From IMG/VR virus record IMGVR_UViG_3300011335_000330, positions 1 to 28,645 of that record: a stretch of 28,645 nt of DNA. One strand, given 5' to 3'. A model generated the notes under the pieces. It was given only the letters and a program-made list of their open reading frames with translations. It ran no database searches and was not told the origin of the DNA. Each line of letters starts with the position of its first letter. Position 1 is the first letter of the stretch. Below are positions 9,590 through 15,350 of this stretch, piece after piece. The DNA comes from a virus (Duplodnaviria > Caudoviricetes). The translations under genes and the position numbers were made by a program.

Positions 9590-10138
9590 TCATTTTCCCT
9601 CTACAAAATAGTTACGTGTCGGCGTTTGCCATTCTTTATCCGGGTTCGGTGTAATCCACGATTCATCGTGCCAGACTAGCCGATTGTTCGGGTATGCAAT
9701 CCACGGCCCCGACTCCAGCGCGATGATGTGATGGTTTTTGTGCTGGTGCGCTACCTCACTCCAGCCTGTTTTCATCCAGTCAATTGTAAAAAGATAATTG
9801 CCTTTACGTATAACCTTGTCACGGCCTAGTGCAGTTACGGAATGGTTCTTTAGAAACGGCAGCGCCACTACGGAGAAATCATACCCGTAACTATCCCACC
9901 AGCACGCTTGCTCAATTGGCAACGGCTCGCAGGGTTTGCTGCAAAGCATATGAATTGGCACTCTTGCCCACTGCGCCCCTGACTCAAGCATGACCTGAAA
10001 CATAGGAACACGCGCAGGTTCGGCACGAAACGCAAACGCAATGGCTGGCGTAAATTCACCAAACCCTTTTTGTTCGTCAAACAAAAACTCTTGGCGAACG
10101 TAACAGGGCGTGTAGGGTGTTTCTCCTAACAGTGTCAT
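9590..10138 (-). CDS. Conserved aquatic-phage hypothetical protein, 182 aa
   Basis: CYVRQEFL...GFGEF, GAQWARVPIH, YLFTIDW, HKNHH and YPNNR motifs. ATGA coupling. Confidence 0.8.
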   Translation of the reverse strand: MTLLGETPYTPCYVRQEFLFDEQKGFGEFTPAIAFAFRAEPARVPMFQVMLESGAQWARVPIHMLCSKPCEPLPIEQACWWDSYGYDFSVVALPFLKNHSVTALGRDKVIRKGNYLFTIDWMKTGWSEVAHQHKNHHIIALESGPWIAYPNNRLVWHDESWITPNPDKEWQTPTRNYFVEGK

Positions 10139-10347
10139 TCCTTATCCTCAATCTTCACAGACTCCAGAAACTGCGCCAGCGTGTAAACACAAGGCAATAT
10201 CAGGTCGCGGCAGATAGCATCGTGCACATCTGATTCAGTCATGCTCTGCGCGTAGATTTTAAGCGCACCGATGCGCTCACTGACCAGCATGTCAAGGTGG
10301 TCAAAATCCAGCCGCTTTACTTTTTCAATGTTTTCGTATTCGCTCAT
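10135..10347 (-). CDS. Hypothetical protein, 70 aa
   Basis: Start moved to the ATG in AAGGAGTGCGGGAAATGA (RBS plus stop/start overlap). Confidence 0.7.
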   Translation of the reverse strand: MSEYENIEKVKRLDFDHLDMLVSERIGALKIYAQSMTESDVHDAICRDLILPCVYTLAQFLESVKIEDKE

Positions 10348-10547
10348 TTCCCGCACTCCTTAAAAACTTTTTTGATGGCGGCGATAGCCGGAATTCTGAC
10401 TGCACAAGCCGTTGTGTCTGGATGCATGAATCTCCACACCTCTAGCGCATTAAGCGCCAGCTTTAGCGCAGCTTGCGCGGCGGCGAGTTCGCGCTTGATC
10501 TTGTCAATCTCTGCGACTAGGTGCGCGTATCCCGGCTTGTCTTTCAT
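10344..10547 (-). CDS. Hypothetical protein, 67 aa (coiled-coil-like)
   Basis: Start moved to the ATG in AAGGATTGCGGGAAATGA. Flanked by 18-bp direct repeats. Confidence 0.7.
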   Translation of the reverse strand: MKDKPGYAHLVAEIDKIKRELAAAQAALKLALNALEVWRFMHPDTTACAVRIPAIAAIKKVFKECGK

Positions 10548-10783
10548 TTCCCGCAATCCTTCATCGCCGCGTCAAATTCCAATTCCTTCATGTGCTCAAG
10601 ACTGTTTTCAGCATCTATAACAGCATCAACCATTACTCTATCCATAGTCCAAAGTAGATTTGGAAACTTACAAGAACCTAAATGCTTTATCTTTATTGCT
10701 TCATCCCTACTTTTAAACGCATAACTAAACATTGTTGCATCCATAACACTATCAATGCTTTTTATAAGCCAGATATATTCCAT
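10544..10783 (-). CDS. Hypothetical protein, 79 aa
   Basis: AAAGGAG RBS; tightly packed in the operon. Confidence 0.7.
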   Translation of the reverse strand: MEYIWLIKSIDSVMDATMFSYAFKSRDEAIKIKHLGSCKFPNLLWTMDRVMVDAVIDAENSLEHMKELEFDAAMKDCGK

Positions 10784-10785
10784 CT

Positions 10786-11037
10786 TTACATGTCTCCTTT
10801 CATTGGTTTAACCATCTCAACCGTGTGTCTTCCGTTTGTCAGGGTTAACAAGCAGTATGGTTTGCCCGTAACACTGTCCAAAAGGACTCTAGGAGCCCAG
10901 CTAGGGTGGTCTGCCTTACACTCTCCCCGTAATTGCTCTAGAACCTTGTAGCCGCGTTCCTGGTGTCTTTTGGACATAACGTCGTAAACCAGGATTCCTG
11001 CTGCAAAACTAAAGATAACGAAGAAAGCTGTTTTCAT
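10786..11037 (-). CDS. Hypothetical protein with N-terminal membrane anchor, 83 aa
   Basis: Hydrophobic segment AFFVIFSFAAGILVY; ATGA coupling. Confidence 0.7.
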   Translation of the reverse strand: MKTAFFVIFSFAAGILVYDVMSKRHQERGYKVLEQLRGECKADHPSWAPRVLLDSVTGKPYCLLTLTNGRHTVEMVKPMKGDM

Positions 11038-11294
11038 AACGTATTGAGATATTTCTTCAAGGAAGGAACATCGATCTGGTCAACCAGACGGTGTCCTCCC
11101 GGAGAGATCAGGGTATGGTCGCTCCAGTAACCCCCACTATGTGAGTCATATCTCATCTTCAATCCTCGCCAGCTTGATGTGATCTTTTCCAGGCGAAGAT
11201 CGGGACTACCCCTGGTTTCAAACAGAAATACATCTGAGTACTGCATGTCTCCATTGCGTTCATTGACCGTGCCTATATACGTTTTTGTTTTCAT
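11034..11294 (-). CDS. Hypothetical protein, 86 aa
   Basis: ATGA overlaps at both ends. Confidence 0.7.
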   Translation of the reverse strand: MKTKTYIGTVNERNGDMQYSDVFLFETRGSPDLRLEKITSSWRGLKMRYDSHSGGYWSDHTLISPGGHRLVDQIDVPSLKKYLNTL

Positions 11295-11440
11295 TTGGTG
11301 CAGATCCCTATTGCTGCAACCACAAGCCCTATTACCGTTGTTACTAGTATCATTCCAAGGATGGTGTCAAAGACCCCTGCCTTGTAAGCAGTGTCTCTGT
11401 GCCTTTGGATCAGCATGTCTCGGTCAGTTATTATGTTCAT
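11291..11440 (-). CDS. Small membrane protein, 49 aa
   Basis: Start moved to ATG 11440 (GGGAGG RBS, ATGA overlap). C-terminal hydrophobic helix ILGMILVTTVIGLVVAAIGI. Confidence 0.65.
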   Translation of the reverse strand: MNIITDRDMLIQRHRDTAYKAGVFDTILGMILVTTVIGLVVAAIGICTK

Positions 11441-11628
11441 TCTTTTGCCTCCCAGTAGGTGCCCTCTGCTCCACAAACTCCTGCTCGCATTGAGCTACAG
11501 CTATAAAACTGTATTAGCCTGGTCTCTCCAAATACCAGGTAATCGGCTATTCCACTTTGACCTTTCTCGTGCCCGCAAACAGGACTCTCTTCGGTCATCC
11601 ATTTACAGTCTTTGCAGAACTTGTCCAT
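11437..11628 (-). CDS. Small Cys-rich (putative Zn-binding) phage protein, 63 aa
   Basis: Start moved to ATG 11628 (GAGGA RBS). MDKFCKDCKW...C.H...CSSMR...CGAEGTYWE. Confidence 0.75.
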   Translation of the reverse strand: MDKFCKDCKWMTEESPVCGHEKGQSGIADYLVFGETRLIQFYSCSSMRAGVCGAEGTYWEAKE

Positions 11629-11662
11629 AGATCCTCTCTTTGGTTTGTGTGAACAACTACTC

Positions 11663-11695
11663 CATATCTCACTTAAAGCGTCTAAATGAGATATG
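11663..11695 (-). other. Intergenic mRNA stem-loop
   Basis: CATATCTCA/TGAGATATG 9-bp stem, extended by TTTA/TAAG with a G-U pair on the coding strand. Confidence 0.5.
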
Positions 11696-11704
11696 AAAGG
11701 GTGC

Positions 11705-11923
11705 TCAGTTAGGTTGGTAGTCTTTAAAACGCCAGTAAGAATTGTCAAAGTGGCGTAATAGGCTATCTACTGGCGTTGAGTAGGCTACGTGTGGTTCCTC
11801 CATCTCGTTTGTGATTGCCTCTAACTCAGGGTTAGCGGCTATCTCATCGTCCTCTACAATGATTACTTCCAGGACATCGTCGTACTGTTGGGAAGTAATG
11901 TAATCATACTTACGAAGGCTCAT
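11705..11923 (-). CDS. Acidic hypothetical protein, 72 aa
   Basis: Start moved to ATG 11923 (AGGAG RBS). The longer ORF call runs through a structured intergenic element. Confidence 0.7.
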   Translation of the reverse strand: MSLRKYDYITSQQYDDVLEVIIVEDDEIAANPELEAITNEMEEPHVAYSTPVDSLLRHFDNSYWRFKDYQPN

Positions 11924-11966
11924 GTTTGCATCTCCTAGTTTAATTTCACATTGTGAAAAGCGATTC

Positions 11967-12093
11967 GACGAGCCGCCCTTCGCCCCCAAAGGGGGGCGGC
12001 GAGGAGAACTCGCGTCACTAACTTTTAGTTTTTCCTCCTTTCCTTGTTTGGTTGCAAGCCGAAGGCCCACGTAGTTTGTGGGCCGAGGGTTGC
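11967..12093 (+). other. Structured intergenic element A (two-hairpin module)
   Basis: GCCGCCCTT-CGCCCCC-AAAG-GGGGGCG-GCGAG, plus a 40-nt hairpin at 12054-12093 with a GAA/GA internal loop. Homologous to element B. Confidence 0.75.
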
Positions 12094-12095
12094 TG

Positions 12096-12263
12096 TTAAA
12101 TGGAATGAACATTAACAACACCTACCTTTTTAGGAGCTTTACCCTGGGAAGATATGACCCAGTTCTGAAGCAGACTGAAGTAGAACGGGTATTTGGACTC
12201 AATTGGAGTCCTTAGATCATTGACTACTGGTTCTTGCACGGTTGGGAAGGTATTGGTAGTCAT
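12096..12263 (-). CDS. Hypothetical protein, 55 aa
   Basis: Not in the ORF track. MTTNTFPTVQEP...VNVHSI, with GGAG RBS and ATGA coupling. Stops at the edge of element A. Confidence 0.6.
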   Translation of the reverse strand: MTTNTFPTVQEPVVNDLRTPIESKYPFYFSLLQNWVISSQGKAPKKVGVVNVHSI

Positions 12264-12400
12264 TTCCTATCTCCCAGGTCTTCGCACTCTTGATCGGTGT
12301 GGCAGTCACTGTCCCAGAGTTGGGTATCCAGCATGTGTTTGTTAATAAGTACGGTATTAACTACAGTCAAAAACAATAGCAACATCAATAACTTATTCAT
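12260..12400 (-). CDS. Small secreted or membrane protein, 46 aa
   Basis: Not in the ORF track. MNKLLMLLLFLTVVNTVLI...DCHTDQECEDLGDRK, with AAGGGA RBS. Confidence 0.65.
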   Translation of the reverse strand: MNKLLMLLLFLTVVNTVLINKHMLDTQLWDSDCHTDQECEDLGDRK

Positions 12401-12465
12401 TTTATTCCCTTTGTGTTTAATTTATTTTATTCTTTGTCAGGCACCTCTTCTTCTCTTCCTGGGGC

Positions 12466-12660
12466 TTATCTGACAACCTTTTGTTTCCTGGTGTCGTTTC
12501 CGTTGAACGACTCCCACCAGTAGGCACTATTGCCCGGTGAGTCCCACTCCGCTAGGAAATCGTGGTTGGAAGAACACGCCGCCATCGACATGGCTTGCGC
12601 GGCTTCCTCTGAATGTGCTGCACAAAACTGAAATTGATTTTCCATCAATAAATTATTCAT
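12466..12660 (-). CDS. Hypothetical early protein, 64 aa
   Basis: GAGGA RBS. Its initiation region is nearly identical to that of the gene starting at 12400. Confidence 0.65.
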   Translation of the reverse strand: MNNLLMENQFQFCAAHSEEAAQAMSMAACSSNHDFLAEWDSPGNSAYWWESFNGNDTRKQKVVR

Positions 12661-12686
12661 TTTATCCTCTTTGTTATTTACTTAGA

Positions 12687-12813
12687 GCAGGCGCAGGCTC
12701 GCCGCCCTCACCCCGAAGGGGTGGCGAGACTGTGACTGCGTTCTCGACTCTCGTGTTATTAGTAACAAAGCTTGCAGCTCGAAGGCCACAGCAACACCGT
12801 GGCCGAGAGGTGC
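12687..12813 (+). other. Structured intergenic element B (two-hairpin module)
   Basis: Long stem at 12687-12739 capped by ACCCC-GAA-GGGGT, plus a 40-nt hairpin at 12774-12813 with a GAA/GA internal loop. Covaries with element A. Confidence 0.78.
12754..12767. promoter_or_regulatory. Palindromic operator-like site TGTTATTAGTAACA
   Basis: Exact 14-mer found four times in intergenic DNA. This copy lies between the two hairpins of element B. Confidence 0.65.
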
Positions 12814-12842
12814 GCCAATGCGTATCATTTTAGTTATTTCTT

Positions 12843-13139
12843 TTAGTAGATAGGAGGAGGAGGATTCTTTTCGTTGTCCCATTTGTTGGGTTTTCTGAGG
12901 TTCTTCCAGGCTTTACCTGGTTCGTATTGGTCATCCTGAGTAACCAGTTCAACCAACTTTGACCATTCCACATGGTCGTGAGTAAAAGCCGAGTCAACAA
13001 TTTTGCCTCTGACTTCGTCAGCGGTTAGATCATGGTGCGTAATTCTGCATCCAGCCGACCACATTCTGTCACTGAGCCCTGCCTGGACACGGTTAACTGT
13101 AACCATGTCTTTAAAGGTGATGATGTTGTATTTGGTCAT
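12843..13139 (-). CDS. Hypothetical early protein, 98 aa
   Basis: ATG start; fills the space between the terminator-like hairpin and element B. Confidence 0.7.
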   Translation of the reverse strand: MTKYNIITFKDMVTVNRVQAGLSDRMWSAGCRITHHDLTADEVRGKIVDSAFTHDHVEWSKLVELVTQDDQYEPGKAWKNLRKPNKWDNEKNPPPPIY

Positions 13140-13172
13140 TTGGTTCTCTATTGGTTGGTGAACAAACGGAAA

Positions 13173-13197
13173 GGTAAGGGAGACTAGCTCCCTTACC
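13173..13197 (-). terminator. Putative intrinsic terminator or attenuator
   Basis: Perfect 10-bp stem GGTAAGGGAG/CTCCCTTACC followed by TTTCCGTTTGTT on the minus strand. Preceded by a TAACCC-GCAA-GGGTTA hairpin at the stop codon. Confidence 0.55.
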
Positions 13198-13214
13198 CTT
13201 GTAACCCTTGCGGG

Positions 13215-13430
13215 TTAGTCCTTCTTGGCGGCTTTCTTCGCGTCAGCTTCTTCTTTGATCAGCTTCGCGATCTTGTTTGCTTTCACCATGATCTCCCGAA
13301 CTTCGGAGTGGTGGTCGCTGTTGTAGTCATCCAGCATGTGGCTGTAACGCCGCATGAGGGTAACTGCTGCCCACAGGCAAAGAGGAGTCGGAACTGCATC
13401 CAAGCTATTAAAACTGAATTGATTATTCAT
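13215..13430 (-). CDS. First gene of the early arm, hypothetical protein, 71 aa
   Basis: AAGGGA RBS, helical Lys/Ala-rich C-terminus and a downstream terminator. The frame is intact, unlike its inverted copy. Confidence 0.75.
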   Translation of the reverse strand: MNNQFSFNSLDAVPTPLCLWAAVTLMRRYSHMLDDYNSDHHSEVREIMVKANKIAKLIKEEADAKKAAKKD

Positions 13431-13468
13431 TGTGTTTCCCTTCTTTAGTTAACTGGGGACATCCCCCA

Positions 13469-13627
13469 AAAAGTCCGAGCAAACCAACAGCCCCGAAGGG
13501 CAGGGCACTACATTGGTAGCGGCAAGGCCGGAAGGCCCAACGCCGTGCCACGGCTTTATCGTGGCGCGGGTGCCGCAACCTCGCGGGCTGTAAGAGGAAC
13601 TACCGCAGCCCGCGCACCTAGCGAGGC
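13469..13627 (+). other. GC-rich multi-hairpin element C (apex of the fold-back)
   Basis: GCCC-CGAA-GGGC; GCGGCA/TGCCGC enclosing GGCC-GGAA-GGCC and GTGCCACGG/TCGTGGCGC; CCTCGC/GCGAGG; GCGGGCTG/CAGCCCGC. Confidence 0.7.
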
Positions 13628-13926
13628 TGGGGGTGTCCACAGATAACTACAGAAGGATAAGAAACACAGTGAATAAACAATTCGGTTTTGTTTTAATAGC
13701 TGGGTGGATGCAATTCCTACACCTCTCTGCCAGGTTTGTGGGCTGCTGTTACCGTCTTGGGACGATACAGCCGCTGGAATGACTACGGCTTCAGCGGCTA
13801 CCGCACCTAAGATCGGGTTGGTGGAGGCAAACTTGCTCGGCTTATCAAAGGAGAGGCTGAGGTGAAGATGCCAAGAGGAGACATACCCACAAGGGTAGCA
13901 AGGTAGGGGGGATAGTCACCCATACC
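13628..13926 (+). pseudogene. Non-coding degenerate inverted copy of the 71-aa gene with its flanks
   Basis: ATG changed to GTG, several frameshifting indels, and GAA changed to TAA. Probably structural rather than a decayed paralogue. Confidence 0.6.
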
Positions 13927-13996
13927 AATAGTGGTGTGGTTAAGTGGTACTTACCTGGTAGATGTTATGGATAGTAACAACAGTAGTTGGGCATAT

Positions 13997-14016
13997 GTTA
14001 GTGAGTGCTAACTTAC
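13997..14016. promoter_or_regulatory. Palindromic site resembling an SlmA-binding sequence
   Basis: GTTA-GTGAGTGCTAAC-TTAC. The core matches the E. coli SBS consensus GTGAGTACTCAC at 10/12. Confidence 0.35.
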
Positions 14017-14220
14017 TGAGTAGTAAGGGAGTTGTAATTGCTAATGTTATTAATAACTTACCGTCATGTTGTAAGCTGCATCAACCCCCACAGTTACATC
14101 ACTGCCCCTGCTGTCCTAAGCTACATCAGGTGGGGGAGGGGAAAAGCATGCTTTGCTAAAATTTATATATCACCACATGTAACGATTTTTATAGTTTTTA
14201 AATAGTGGGTAGGTACTCCC

Positions 14221-14356
14221 TATATATATATAACTACTATATAACTACTAATAACAACATATATATAACTACTACCCCCATATATATATATATATAACTA
14301 CTATATAAAAGAACTAATGTTGTTACTAATAACAACTACTATATATATAACTACTA
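14221..14356. repeat. AT-rich region with (TA)n tracts and five ATAACTACTA repeats (candidate origin, packaging or terminus region)
   Basis: ATAACTACTA at 14230, 14241, 14265, 14294 and 14347, each preceded by TA runs. Non-coding and just upstream of terS. Confidence 0.75.
14321..14334. promoter_or_regulatory. Palindromic operator-like site TGTTACTAATAACA
   Basis: Exact reverse complement of the 12754 and 16769 copies. Confidence 0.65.
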
Positions 14357-14513
14357 CTGCTCTTGCTGTTGAATCTCAGTCTAGAGCCTTATAGGGCCTA
14401 TTCTTACAAATGTAAGCGTTTTCATTTTGGCTGTAGGGTTATTAGCTATTGTTCTTTTTCACCCACTGTGGTTTACTTCCGTTCCATAGAGATATGGAAC
14501 GAGTACACAGGAT

Positions 14514-15044
14514 ATGAAGCGAGGTAGATCTAAATACCCCTGGTTTAAGAAAGCTCTCTGGACTCAGAACCAGAAGCTTGAGGCTGTAGCCACCTACGTC
14601 ATGCTTGGCAGTCTTACTGAGACTGCCTTGGTTACAGGCATCCCAAGAGACACCGTTAAGTCCTGGAAACTAACCCCCTGGTGGAAAGAGATACAGGCCC
14701 AGATCAGGCAAGACGATATACAGGCTCTGGACAGCAATCTCCAAAGGGTCATTGGGAAGGCTCTAAAAGCCACAGAAGACCGTCTGGATGCTGGGGAGTA
14801 CCAGTATGACCCCAAGACTGGCAAAGTCATCAGAATCCCCATTAAAGCCTCCGTAGCCCTAAAGATAACAACCGAGCTGCTTACCAAGCAGGACATCCTT
14901 AGGGATGTTCCTGAACGTATGGAGATTGAAAAGACCATTGATGCTCGATTAGCCAAGCTTGCTGAGGAGTTTCAGAAGTTTGCCAAGGCAAAGACAATTG
15001 ATGTGGTGCCGGATGTTATTAGTAGCATTGCTGTTACCCCTTAA
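14514..15044 (+). CDS. terS: Putative terminase small subunit
   Basis: N-terminal HTH-like segment (SLTETALVTGIPRDTVKSW) and a helical middle region. First gene of the late arm, upstream of TerL. Confidence 0.65.
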   Translation: MKRGRSKYPWFKKALWTQNQKLEAVATYVMLGSLTETALVTGIPRDTVKSWKLTPWWKEIQAQIRQDDIQALDSNLQRVIGKALKATEDRLDAGEYQYDPKTGKVIRIPIKASVALKITTELLTKQDILRDVPERMEIEKTIDARLAKLAEEFQKFAKAKTIDVVPDVISSIAVTP

Positions 15045-15058
15045 AACAAGGATTGAAT

Positions 15059-15313
15059 ATGGCTAAGTCTCCTGCATGGCAACGTAAGGAAGGTAAGAAC
15101 CCCAAAGGGGGGTTAAACGCTAAAGGCAGAGCTTCTTATAACGCAGCTAACCCAGGTAAGCCAGGTCTTAAGGCTCCTCAACCTGGGGGAGGTAGTCGTA
15201 AAGCTTCTTTTTGTGCCAGAATGGGCGGAATGAAGAAGAAACTTACCTCTGCTAAGACTGCTAACGACCCCAACAGTCGTATAAACAAGAGTCTTAGAGC
15301 TTGGAAATGTTAA
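15059..15313 (+). CDS. Small basic conserved phage protein (DUF6321-like)
   Basis: KSPAWQRKEGKNPKGGLNAKGR...SFCARM...SLRAWKC. Start moved to ATG 15059. Confidence 0.75.
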   Translation: MAKSPAWQRKEGKNPKGGLNAKGRASYNAANPGKPGLKAPQPGGGSRKASFCARMGGMKKKLTSAKTANDPNSRINKSLRAWKC

Positions 15314-15350
15314 AAATGGGGCTAAAGCCCCTTATTTTTAGGAGATAAAC

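Larger units (their letters stand above)
13173..13926 (+). repeat. Long imperfect inverted repeat (arms 13173-13468 and 13628-13926, 159-nt spacer)
   Basis: The reverse complement of arm 1 aligns colinearly with arm 2 over about 295 nt. Roughly 80% identity in aligned columns, with about ten short indels (hand alignment). Confidence 0.93.

Noticed and set aside
1085-11630. Plus-strand ORFs in the track across the replication and early arm
   Set aside because: They are antisense shadows of well-supported minus-strand genes and have no recognisable motifs.
11944-11958. Palindrome TTTCACA-T-TGTGAAA upstream of the 11923 gene
   Set aside because: Single occurrence, so it cannot be distinguished from chance.
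13628-13926. Arm 2 as a functional paralogue of the 71-aa gene
   Set aside because: It has multiple frameshifting indels and a GAA-to-TAA change, and similarity extends equally through the non-coding flanks.
13173-13926. Inverted repeat as an amplification or assembly chimera
   Set aside because: Such artefacts give near-identical arms. These differ at roughly one position in five, with patterned indels. A read check is still advisable.
13173-13926. Diversity-generating retroelement TR/VR pair
   Set aside because: Differences are not confined to adenines, there are many multi-base indels, and no reverse transcriptase lies in the window.
14003-14011. CIRCE element (GAGTGCTAA), tempting because groES is present
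   Set aside because: Only the right half-site is present. TTAGCACTC-N9 is missing and the site is far from groES.
12682-14159. ORFs 12682-12882, 13449-13640 and 13962-14159
   Set aside because: They run through structured or repeat DNA, have weak starts or no clear RBS, and are better explained as non-coding elements.
14221-14356. CRISPR array
   Set aside because: The repeats are 10 bp with irregular low-complexity spacing, there are no unique spacers, and there are no cas genes.
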